A DNA stretch of 64,000 nucleotides from the NCBI GenBank assembly GCA_964016885.1, contig CAXHJY010000257.1:1-64000 (forward strand). Direction: 5' to 3'. Under the pieces are notes generated by a model. It saw only the letters and a list, made by a program, of their open reading frames with translations, ran no database searches and was not told the origin of the DNA. Origin of the DNA: Eledone cirrhosa (Eukaryota). Shown piece after piece: positions 1 to 11,464 of the stretch (the first letter of the stretch is position 1; every line of letters begins with the position of its first letter). Position numbers and translations under genes: made by a program.

Positions 1-167
1 TATGCAAAAAACCGATCTAATTGTTTGAAAAAAATACAACACTTTGTAGATTAACCCCCAAGCTGAATTGTCAGCTGGGTGGTAATCCCATTTTTCGCCC
101 CTGTAGGGGCGAAAATTTTATTTAAAAGTTTGTCTTAAAATATCAAATTTTACAAAGTAAAAAAAAC

Positions 168-2042
168 TTGAGCAACACTAGAACGCTGGAGAACGTTAAT
201 AGTGAAAAGAGAGAGAAAGAGGCAGATATTAACGTTATATCTGCTTCTGCTGCTATGGACGTTGCCATAGATACTGTCACAAAAGAAAAAAATATATCAA
301 CATTTGAAAATGTTACAATTTCTACCGCCGAAGCGGAGAAAAATGACAATAACACACGGGAAAAACACGGCAAAAAAAACCATTGACATACATACACATG
401 AAAAAGACATCAACAACTCTACAGATACATCTACACATAAAATTTCCAACAACGATAACATCATTATCAACAACAACATCACACAAAAAAAGAAAATGTC
501 TTTTGCTGACACAGTCAACAAGAAACAAGATTTTATAAATCTTGATATCTCCAACGCAAGAGATATGCTCCAGCAAGGGAGAAAATTTGTAACTTTCGAA
601 GAAAGAGGTGGGTTTAGAATTAACTCACCCCTTGAAATAAAGGAAGACACAAACCGCTGATCAGTCACTTTTAGGACTGTGTCAAATTCGTCAAGAAAAC
701 CGACATTTGTTAATCAGTCAGATATAGAAGATTCTTTCAAGGAGATTCTAGCAAATGTCGATTTTCTCCAGCGAGGAAAACAGTACGGAAGCGTTTCCGT
801 ACTGTTTAAAAGCGAGACACTGGCCCAAAAAAACTCTGTGACACCAATAGTGTCAAAAGCATACACCTTTTTCCCTACATACATGGGGAAAAGGACACAA
901 AAAATAAAAATAAAAAACATACCTCCAAGCATTAACATCTGGTGGATCTTGGCTGGCTTCGAAGAGCCAGAAACAGACATAATACTTTCGATACGAAAAT
1001 CCATTCGACAAAGGTGGGCGGGCACCGATTTGGAGATTCTGTTGCAAATGAAACCGGAGAGAATCTCCAAAATACCCGAAAGAGTCGTTATTGATAATAA
1101 CAACAAAATAAACATTTCGGTAGAAGGAAGAAAATTTCACTGCTTTCGCTGTGGTAGCACATCTCACCTAAAAGCCTCTTGTCCACAAACACACAACAGC
1201 AACATCATAAAAAAAACGCTATTACCAACACCAACACCAAAACAACCACCACCACCACAAGTACAACGACAGACGAAACGAGCAACCACACCAAAACAAA
1301 CAGACACTCAACCAACAACAACAGAAAAAACAGAGACAACACCCCTGAAGAACACATCCCCACTCCATCCCACTCCATCAAACACTACCACAAACACACA
1401 TACCGAAACACCACCACCACCACACAACATACCCTTACCCCACACACCTGACGATGATTATTCATCGACGGATGAAGCTGCTTCTCCTTCTTTAAGTGAA
1501 GAAGAGGGAGAACCGCGGAAATCCAAAAAACAAAAAAAGAGACACCACAAAACCCCCAAAACTCCAATCACCAACACCAACACACAACCACAGACACAAA
1601 CAACAACACAAACAACACCACAGTCAAACACCCCCTATCAGCAAAACCAGCACCAACACCACCCCAAACACAAGCACCCACCATAAAAAGAAAACTCCCA
1701 GATGAACAACAAGCTAAAACAATACAACAAAAACACAAACAACAATACGCATACATCAACACAAACAACAAGAGTTTGATGGAGGTCATCTCCCAAAACC
1801 CCAAGGTGGAGACGGAGGGCAAAACTTTCGTCAAGGCAGAATCGTCTCCACACCTTAAACTTATAAGGGTTTCTATGGAAACCTATAAAGACCTGAAAAT
1901 TAAATTTTCACAGGACGTGGGCAACCCCTGCCACAAACCCATCAACCGCGTCCTGTTGAAAGGTTTCCCCACCCCACCCAACACCCCATCCAGCACCCAA
2001 ATGGAGATTGAACAACCCGATCTCCAGGAAACGAAAAGGTAA
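168..2042 (+). pseudogene. Tx1-like ORF1 (gag-like), disrupted, copy A
   Basis: Pieces 168-386, 304-660, 679-1686 and ~1683-2042 join via frameshifts and a TGA at 658-660. Zinc knuckle CFRCGSTSHLKASC, P/T/Q-rich linker, and a C-terminal block homologous to copy B (YAYINTNNKSL...HLKLIRV...KPINRVLLKGFP). Confidence 0.85.
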
Positions 2043-2083
2043 GTGCACCTTTCGTCCCTTTTCTCCAACTTTTCTTCACCAAC

Positions 2084-5000
2084 ATGGCTGGTTTACGAGT
2101 TGGAACCGTGAATGTGCGTGGCCTAGGGATGCCCTGGAAACAGGGCCTACTTTTAAACGACCTTAAGTCACACAGTATGGATGTGATAGCCATCACCGAG
2201 TCCAGAATCCACAACAGGCAGCAACTAACCCCCATCTTCGACGACTTTGAGATCTACGCATCTCTCTGTCAGCCAGGAGGTGGAGGTGGAGTGGCTGTTA
2301 TGTTTCGGAAGAACCTGGACGTCGGAGTACAGCAAGTACACTTGGACCCGGAGGGTAGACTGGTAGTCCTAGACGTGAACAGTATCGGAGGTGGAGCCTT
2401 CAGACTGGTGGCCGTTTATGCCCCGACCGGGCAATCGCAATCACGGCCAGACTTCTTTAAGCGTCTAGAGTCTTTTCTGGGAACGTCTCGCTCCTTACTT
2501 TTAGTGGGGGACTGGAATGGTATCCTAGATGCACGATGGGACTATGTGGGAGCATGTCCCAGTAGAGCGGGGTGCAACAGCCTCAAAACTTTAATCGGCC
2601 AATTCCAACTGGCCGATAGGTATCGACTGGATTTCCCGACTGCACCACAGTGGACGTGGGTAAACCGCAGTGGGACATCTAGATCGTATTTAGATAGGTT
2701 CTTCATTAGAGAAAGGGACAAGGATATGTTAAGCTGTCCACGAATGCACATGGTTGCCTATTCAGATCACAAGTTAGTTGTCTGCTTAGTCAACCGTGAT
2801 AGAATACATTGACAGGGTCCCGGATACTGGAAGCTGAACATGTCGTTGCCGGCACGTAAAGCTTACAGTGAACGGATAAGTAAACTAGTCAAGCAACAGT
2901 TAACGGGAGCCATCGTCAACAATAGATGGTGGTACTCTCTCAAGAAAGCAATTAGAATAGAATCGATAGGGTATAGCAGAGAGTTAGCCTTAGAGAAAAA
3001 CAGAATAGAAAGAGAACTAGTAGCCAAGGTAGAGGAGGCACTTAGAAGTGGCAACGCGGCTAGAGTGTTAGCGTCGAGAACGGCACTGGACCAGTTCTTC
3101 GATGCGAAACACGAAGGCTGCGTGGTCAGAAGCAAAACACGTGCTCTAGGAAACGAAGGAGCGAAAGCTGTCAGCTGGGCCCGAGTGGCGGAGGCAAAAA
3201 GTGGCAACAAGTCCACGATTCGGTCTTTGAAAGACCAAAACGGACGCGTGCTACTTGACCCCAAGCAAATGTGCGCGGCCTTTCAGCGGCACTTTGCGCG
3301 ACTGTTTGAGCAGAACGACGGTGAGCCGAGCGGGGCAATGGACTTTAGTTCATACCTCGACGGCCTGCCGCGTCTCTCGAACACGGACGCCGAGTTCTGC
3401 GAAAGACCGATCACGGACACTGAGATACGGGACGCTCTGGGCCGCTGCGGGAAACGCAAGTCACCCGGTCTAGATGGTCTACCCTACGAATTTTACATAG
3501 GCATGCCGGACTTTTTCTCTGGCGTCCTCGAAGCCGTCTACTGCAATTGGCAGCAGAACGGGAGAATTCCCAGTTCTGCAGGCAAGGGCGTAGTAACGCT
3601 GATCAGGAAAGACGAGAACAAGGGGGACGAAATTAACAACTTCAGGCCCATAACTCTGCTCAACACAGAGTTAAAGATTTTGGCCAAGGTGCTAGCGATG
3701 AGGTTGGCGCTTGTCGTCGAGAACCTGGTAGGGAAAGCGCAAACGTGTGCAATCCCGACCAGGTCCATACACGACAACCTCCACCTCATGCGATACATCA
3801 TAGAGAGGGTGGGTAGTAAACCCGGCTTCGGTGGGGCTCTGATCAACTTGGATCAGTCTAAGGCATTCGATAGGGTCGACCATCGATACTTGGAAGCGGT
3901 TCTCAAGGCGGCCGGTTTCGGTCCCGTGTTCAGAGGATGGATCGAGGCGATGCACACCAGCATCTGCTCGAGGGTCAAGGTGAACGGCTACCTATCGGAG
4001 CCGTTCGCAATCACGCGTTCCATTCGACAGGGATGCCCTCTCTCCTCCATTCTGTATGTATTGATTCTAGAGCCACTACTGCGGAAATTGGAGCTGTTGC
4101 AGGGCATCCCCCTAGAACCGGGACTGCGCAAAGCGGCGTCGGCTTATGCCGACGACGTGACAGTAATGGTGTCGAGCACCTCGGAAATCGGGGTGATCGG
4201 CAACATACTGAAAGAATACGAAACGCTGACGGGAGCAAAACTAAACCCAGACAAGTCTGTCGGTTTGCAACTCAGTACGTGGAGAGGCAAACCGATGACA
4301 TCCGACAGTGTCGTTGGACGGACGGACCGGTGAAATTGCTCGGGGTCTGGTTCAGTCCAGACCTCCAGGTGGAGAAAAACTGGAACGAGGTCACGGCCAA
4401 GGTGTTTGCACTCACTCAGAAGTGGGCAGAGTGCAAACTGTCCTTGAAAGGTCGAGCGGAGGTTGCGAACACTTTCATAGAGTCCGTCATCTACTACCGC
4501 TTGACTGTCGTGCCTTGTCCCCGTGAACACCTCGCCAAGATGGAACGCATGCTCTTCCAGTTTCTGTGGAAGAAGCAGGCTCCGCTGGTGAGGAGATCCG
4601 TCTGCTGTCAGCACCCTTCCAACGGAGGGCTGGGAATGCCGTGGCTGATGATGCGCAAACATGCGCTGAGGCTGCAGGATCTCCAGGTATTCCTCACCGA
4701 CCCCCAACCGGTGTGGGCACCGTTTGTGAGACAGGCTTTCCCACAGCTCGTCTCGCTAACGGAGCTGCAGTCCTGGGTGAAGAAAAGACCGAAAACGATG
4801 GGCGCCTGGCACATTGAATGCGCTCAGGCGCTCACAGTCCTCTGGCAAGCGGGCGCAGCAATCAGTGGAGACTCCACTTCGACATTCTATAGAGGGATTG
4901 TACGTTACAAGGGCGACGACGTGCTCGGAGAGACTCTGGGCGTCGAAGACGATGAGCTCACCAGTATGTTTGGTAGGACTTTCCGCCCGGGACCTATGGA

Positions 5001-5593
5001 CAACTTCCAGAGGTCCCGACGATGAGCTCACCAGTATGTTTGGTAGGACTTTCCGCCCGGGACCTATGGACAACTTCCAGAGGTCCCTGGCCTGGCAGTG
5101 CTACCGAGGAGCTCTACCGGTTCGTGACAAGATCTACAGGCACGGACGCCCTGGCAGGGATCCTTCCAAGAGGACGTGTCCAAGATGTGCGCAGGACATT
5201 GAAACAGTTCTGCACGCAATTGTACACTGCCTGGGCGTAAGCGACCTGTGGAACTATGCAGAACAACTGCTGTCGCATATGGGACAAATACAGTTGACTG
5301 CCGAGTCCATAGTAAGGATCAAACCGCCAGACTCTTTCAAAAACGAAAGAGAGGCGGTTTTCCTCTGTACGGTGGCTATGGTGAAAGAAGTTATATGGTG
5401 GACGAGGTTGAGAGGACTGAGGACAGATGCCTTTCTCTCCGGACAACAATTGATTCCATTCTTTAAGTATCACTTTAGAAGGAGAATCAGGGTGGAGAGA
5501 GAGGCACTGCACCCCAGTAAATTTACTGAAAGGTGGGTGAATGAAGCGAAAATGGCCCGAGTGATTGGGCCTTCTCTGTTTATAAGCCTGTAG
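2084..5593 (+). pseudogene. Tx1-like ORF2 (endonuclease-reverse transcriptase), disrupted, copy A
   Basis: EN motifs GTVNVRGL, AITES, VYAP, GDWN, YLDRF, SDH. RT motifs [38 protein letters not shown]-terminal CPRCAQDIETVLHAIVHC. Lesions: TGA at 2810-2812, frameshift near 4320, 70-bp duplication. Confidence 0.93.
4948..5087 (+). repeat. Exact 70-bp tandem duplication inside ORF2 of copy A
   Basis: GACGATGAGCTC...AGAGGTCCC occurs at 4948-5017 and 5018-5087 and shifts the frame. Confidence 0.95.
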
Positions 5594-5826
5594 GTTGAGG
5601 AAGAGAGCAAAAGGAAGAAAGGAGCACTTGCACAACACGCTCCTTGAGTTGAGGGTTGTTCTATCGACGGGGTATTAAACAACCCATTTGTGGCGCCTCC
5701 CCCCTATTGGGGATTTCGATTGTTGAAATTGTTTGTTTTTATATTTTTTACACGACTGTATGTAAAATCCCCGGCATGTCTTTGTATTGTCCCCTTTCTT
5801 GTTGCGCCCTTGTGGCTAATAAAGAA

Positions 5827-5846
5827 ATCTATCTATCTATCTATCT
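5827..5846 (+). repeat. (ATCT)5 tail/target microsatellite between copies A and B
   Basis: Directly follows AATAAAGA. Confidence 0.95.
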
Positions 5847-5850
5847 ATAC

Positions 5851-5890
5851 AATCTAGCTGTCGTCTGTTCTACAGTGTGGATGTCATTCA
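5851..5890 (+). promoter_or_regulatory. Possible internal Pol II promoter (Inr/DPE-like) at the 5' end of copy B
   Basis: GGATG at 5879-5883 lies about +28 to +32 from the apparent 5' end, and TCATTC is at 5885-5890. Short motifs, weak evidence. Confidence 0.3.
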
Positions 5891-6078
5891 CTTCGCACAG
5901 AAGTTTTGTTCAAATTTATTGAGGAAATTTTGTGAGTTCAAACTTAATTTTGATACAATTGTGTAGCTTGACCCTCCGTCTGAACTGTCAGGCGGTGGGT
6001 CAGCTCATCTTTACCCCTCCTAGAGGTGAAAAACCTGTTTTAAAAAATTGTGTAAAAAATTTCAATCGTCTAACAGAA

Positions 6079-7773
6079 ATGTTAAACGCAGCGAACGAAA
6101 ATAGTGGTGGGGGGACAGCGGTAAGAGTTGTAAGCTCGCATGCTTTAGTCCCCCCTTCCTTCACAACTAACGTCATAGAGAAGGAAGGAAAAATTAAAAT
6201 AAAAACAGACGAATCTGCGGAGAAAAAAAATGACGAAAACACAAATCTGGACATGGATTCCAACAACGAAAAAAAAAAATTTGAAAAATTGCATGACAAT
6301 ACTAATAACACAAACAAAGACACAACAAACACAAAAATAACATTTGAAAATAACACCATATCAGAAAGCAAAGCAGACGACAAGATTTCATTTGCACAGA
6401 AAAAGAAATCTTTGACTTATATAGCGGAAAATATTTCAGATGTGGCACGAAGGATCACAGACGCCAAACAATACATAAGTGAAGGAGAGAATGGTATTTT
6501 ATCGGTAAAAATGCCTCAAGAATTCACCAAAGACATTGAAAGCCGAACGGTCAAGTTTCGGACCATCAACAACAGTACAAAAAAACCTGAACAGCCTTCT
6601 CAAGCAGATATCAAAACAGTACTCACAGAAGTACTTAATGAAACCACTTTCATAAGAAAAGACAGACTGTATGGAAGCCTAGCAATTATCATGAAGAACG
6701 ATTCGGCGGCAAAAAAATGTGCTTTGTCACCGATTCGTTCGAAAAATTTCACCTTTTATCCATCTTATATGGGGAAAAGAACTCAACGCATATGGCTGGA
6801 TGCAATGATGCCAGATGTGGACTACTGCTGGCTCATATCTGTGCAGGCAGAGGGCACCTGAAGGCCGCTTGTCCCCAACTCAACAAAAAGAAAACCCTGC
6901 TACCAACACCAGCTCCACCACCACCACCACAACAGATAAACAAACAACAAAACTCAGTCCCACCCAACCCGTCCCTCAGTAAAACCACAACACCACCACA
7001 ACACAAACAGTCACAACACATTACCCCAAAACAAAATACAGGCCCACCCAACCTCTCACTCAATAAAACAACACAACCACCGCAGACACAACACACAACA
7101 CAGTCTAACATAGTGACATCCATCTCCCCCACAAAGAAAACCAACACGGAAACATTACCAGCAAACATACCTCTTCCCTCCAACACTGAAGATAACCCAA
7201 CGAATTCGGAGGAAGAAACGGAGTCCTTCAGACAGATTAAAAGGAAAAAAAGAAAACATGTGCAAAACACACAAGGCCAAACAACCCCCACCCAAAACTC
7301 AACACAATCCAACAAAACAGGAAACACCCCTCCAGCAACAAACAAAACCAAACCTGCCCCTCCCCTCTTCGAAACACTCACACCATCCGAAAAAAAGACA
7401 TTACACTATACTTACATCAACAGAAACAATAATAAATTAAATGAACTCATATACAATAATCCTTCGGTACAAACCGAAGGTGTAAACTTTGTTTCGTCAG
7501 AAAACTACCCACATTTAAAATTAATAAAGATCCCAATGAACCTCTACCAAAAACTAAAAAAGGATTTTAAGGAGGACGTAGGACCACCCTCTGTCAAACC
7601 CATAAACCGCGTCCTACTAAAAAGCTTTCCCCCTCCCCTTCCCCAACACAACTCCAAACACCCCAACCCCACCACACACTGACGACCCCACACCACCACA
7701 AGACACCCCTTCACCCAACACCCCCGACCCCATGGAAGTCGTGCAACCCGAACCCCGGGAAGCGGAAAGGTAG
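6079..7773 (+). pseudogene. Tx1-like ORF1, copy B, with internal deletion
   Basis: ATG at 6079. Homologous to copy A (FYPSYMGKRTQ vs FFPTYMGKRTQ). About 200 nt are missing near 6840, fusing CWLIS to a half knuckle CAGRGHLKAAC. Ends PMEVVQPEPREAER-TAG. Confidence 0.85.
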
Positions 7774-7806
7774 GTCTCTACACTCTCCTTTGGCTCTGCC
7801 GCCCAC

Positions 7807-10800
7807 ATGGATGTGTTAAGAGTAGGATGTTTGAATGCACGTGGCCTGGGCTCAACTTGGAAGCAAGCAAAGCTTCTAAATGACCTCAGGTCATGTAGTA
7901 TAAATGTAATGGTTATCTGTGAGACTCGAATCAGCGTCGTGCAGCAGCTGGCCCCCACCTTCGATGACTTTGAGGTGCATGCATCTCTCTGTCAACCTGG
8001 AGGTGGGGGTGGGGTTGTCGTACTGCTGCAAAAACACCTGGGTCTTGCCGTACAGGTTGTGCACTCGGACCCGGAGGGTCGTTTGTTGGTGCTAGACGTT
8101 GGCAGTAGTGAAAGTGCGGCCTTGAGACTGGTCGCCGTCTACTCCCCTTTCGGAGCTGAACTGCCCGACTTCTTCCAGCGTTTGGAGACTTTTCTGGGAA
8201 CGTCGCGTTCCCTGCTTCTAGCGGGGGATTGGAATGACATCCTGGATGCACGTTGGGACTATGCAGGAGCATGTCCTAATAGAGGGGGTGTAACAGCCTC
8301 AAGGGGTTACTCGACCGTTTTAACTTGGTCGATAGATATCGACTAGATTTTCCAACTGTGCCTACCTGGACTTGGAGAAACCACAGTGGTCAATCTAGAT
8401 CGTACTTAGATAGATTCTTAGTTAGAAGTAAGGATAGGGACATATTAAGCTGTCCAGAAATGCGCACGGTTGGCTACACGGATCACAAATTAGTGACCTG
8501 CGTGGTCAATCTCGAGAAAACACATAGACAGGGTCCCGGTTACTGGAAACTTAATTTGTCTTTACCGGCAAAAGAGACTTACAGAAACCGGATTAGCAGA
8601 TTAGTTAAGGAGAGGTTGACGGGTGCAATCGTCAACAACCGATGGTGGGCATCTCTCAAAAGAGAGATTAGAACAGAATCAATAAGTTATAGCAAGATGT
8701 TAGCTGCCGATAGGAATAGAAACGAGAAAGAATTAACAGGTAAATTAGAAAAGGCAATCAAGAGCGAAGATGTGGCCAGAGTGCTGGCATCGAGGACGGC
8801 CTTGAACCAGTTTTTTGATGCAAAGCACGAAGGCTGCGTCATTCGAAGTAAAATACGTGCTCTAGGTAATGAGGGGACCAAAGCCGTTGGATGGGCCCGC
8901 GTGACAGAAGCTAAGAGTGGAAATCGATCCACCATCCGGTCGTTGCAAGACGAAGATGGACGGGTGATCCGGGAGCCTAAGCAGATGTGCGAGGCCTTTC
9001 AAAGGCACTTTGCCCGATTGTTCGGGGGAGGCGAGGGTCCGGGCGGGGGCGTGGATTTTGGTCCATACCTCGACGGCCTGCCGCGTCTCTCGAGCGAAGA
9101 GGCAGAGTCCTGCGAGGGACCAATCTCGGCTGATGAGATCGGAGATGCGCTGAGCCAATGCAGCAGACGCAAATCTCCAGGTCTCGATGGTATACCTTAC
9201 GAACTTTATTTAGCAATGCCGGTCTTCTTCTCCGAACTCCTCGAAGCGGTCTACTGTAATTGGCAGCAGAACGGGAGAATTCCTTGTTCTGTAGCCAAGG
9301 GCGTAGTCACGCTGGTGAGGAAGGACGAGAACAAGGGGGATAGTATAAATAATTTTCGGCCCATAACCCTGCTAAACACAGAGTTAAAGATTTTGGCCAA
9401 GGTGTTAGCAAAGAGGTTGGCGCTTGTCGTGGGTGGCCTGGTGGGAGATGCGCAGACATGTGCTATCCCATCCAGGTCCATTCACGATAACCTCCACCTC
9501 ATGCGATACATCATAGAGAGGGTTGGCAACAAACCCGGCTTCGGTGGGGCCCTGATCAACTTGGATCAGTCTAAGGCCTTCGATAGGGTCGACCATGGTT
9601 ACCTGGATGCAGTGCTAGCGGAGGCTGGGTTCGGTCCTGTTTTCAGAGGCTGGATAACTGCCTTACATAGCAACCACATCTGTTCTAGGATCAAGGTGAA
9701 CGGCTACCTTTCGAAGCCGTTCGAAATCACACGATCCATTCGACAGGGGAGCCCTCTCCTCCCTTCTGTACGTATTGACTCTCGAGCCTTTACTGAGGAA
9801 GTTGGAGTTGTTGCAGGGTATCCCCCTGGAACCAGGATTGAGCAAAGTGGTGTCGGCCTACGCCGATGACGTAACAGTAATGGTATCGACCGACTCGGAG
9901 ATCGAGGCGATCGGTACCTTACTGGAGGAGTACGAAAGGTTGTCAGGAGCGAAACTGAACCGGGAAAAATCCATCGGGCTGCAACTCGGAACGTGGAGAG
10001 GCAGACCGATGCCTCCTGACGGTGTCGTCGGACACTGGACGGAGGGCCCGGTAAAGTTGCTTGGGGTCTGGTTTGGACCGGACCTCCAGGTGGAAAAGAA
10101 CTGGAACGAGGTTACGAACAAGGTGTTTGCACTAACCCAGAAATGGGCCAAGTGTAAGCTGTCCCTAAAAGGCCGGGCGGAGGTGGCGAACATTTACATA
10201 GCGTCCGTCACTTACTACCGCCTGACTGTCGTGCCTTGCCCTCACCACCATGGAACGCATGCTCTTCCAATTTCTTTGGAAGAAGCGCCCTCCTATGGTG
10301 AGAAGATCCATCTGCTGCCAACAACCTTCGAAAGGAGGGCTGGGGATGCCGTGGTTGATGATGCGTAGGCACGCATTAAGGCTACGGCACCTACAGGTAT
10401 TCCTCACTGGTCAACCGGTGTGGGCTCCGTTCGTGAAACGAGCCTTTCCGAGACTCGTCTCGCTCACCGAGCTACAGTCCTGGGTCAAGCAAAGATCCGG
10501 AAAACTGGGAGACTGGCACACTGAGTGTGCTCAGGCGCTCAGGGCTCTCTGGCAAGCGGGCCAGGCCATCAGTGGAGAATCCACCTCATCATTCTATAGA
10601 GGGCTGGTGGCTAGCAGGGGCGATGACACCCTTGGAGAGTCGCTGGACATGGAAGAAGACGAACTGGCCAGCCTGTTCGGTAGGACTTTCGGCCCAGGAC
10701 CAATGGACAACTTCCAGAAGTCACTGGCCTGGCAGTGCTACCGGGGGGGCTCTACCCGTTCGAGAGAGGCTCTACAGACACGGGCGCCCGGGCAGGGATC

Positions 10801-11231
10801 CCTCAAAAAAGATTTGCCCTAGATGCGTGCGTCACGAAGAAACCGTTGCGCACGCATTGGTGCAATGTCCGGGCGTGGCTGATCTGTGGGGCTACGCCGA
10901 ACGACTGCTGTCGCGGGTGGCGCCGATTAAATTGACCGCCAAGTCCGTGATGACAATCAAACCGCCTCCCCTCTTCACAAAGGAAGCAAAGGCGGTTTTT
11001 CTGTGCGTAATAGCCATGTTGAAAGAGGTTGCTTGGTGGACACGATTGAAAGGTCTGAGGTCAGGCAACTTCCTCTCTGGCCATAGTCTGGTCTACTTCT
11101 TCCGATATCACTTCGGAAGAAGGATAAGAATGGAGAGAGAGGTGCTTGGCCACAGGCAGTTTTATGAAAGGTGGGTGATAGTGGCGAGAATGGCTCGTGT
11201 AAATGGGCCTTCTCTGTATACCATCCTGTAG
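7807..11231 (+). pseudogene. Tx1-like ORF2, copy B, frameshifted
   Basis: [55 protein letters not shown]. Frameshifts near 8285, 9750, 10245 and 10745. Confidence 0.93.
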
Positions 11232-11464
11232 GTAAAGAAGTGAAGGGGAGCACCTTCTCCATGTGCTCCCCGGGCAAAGGATTGCACACTTTTTCGGGGG
11301 TGTGTGCAACCCCCATCACGTCCCCTCCCTTTTGAGGTTATTTTCGATTATTTTCATGTTACACCCTTTTTACTCGATTATATGTAAACTCCCCCTTTGT
11401 ATTTGTCCCTTCTTTTTATGCCTTTATGGTAAATAAAGAAATCTATCTATCTATCTATCTATCT

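Larger units (their letters stand above)
1..5846 (+). mobile_element. L1/Tx1-clade non-LTR retrotransposon, copy A (5' end probably just left of the window)
   Basis: Two-ORF layout: ORF1 with CCHC knuckle; ORF2 with APE endonuclease, RT and a C-terminal C-X2-C-X8-H-X4-C. 3' UTR with AATAAA (5818-5823) followed by (ATCT)5. Confidence 0.92.

Noticed and set aside
2810-2812. Programmed readthrough or selenocysteine at the TGA in ORF2 of copy A
   Set aside because: Copy B has AGA (Arg) at this position and copy A has other disabling lesions, so this is an ordinary nonsense mutation.
5821-5900. U2 snRNA, tRNA or spliced-leader target fragment at the Tx1 junction
   Set aside because: No recognisable match to those RNAs at either junction; only ATCT repeats are present.
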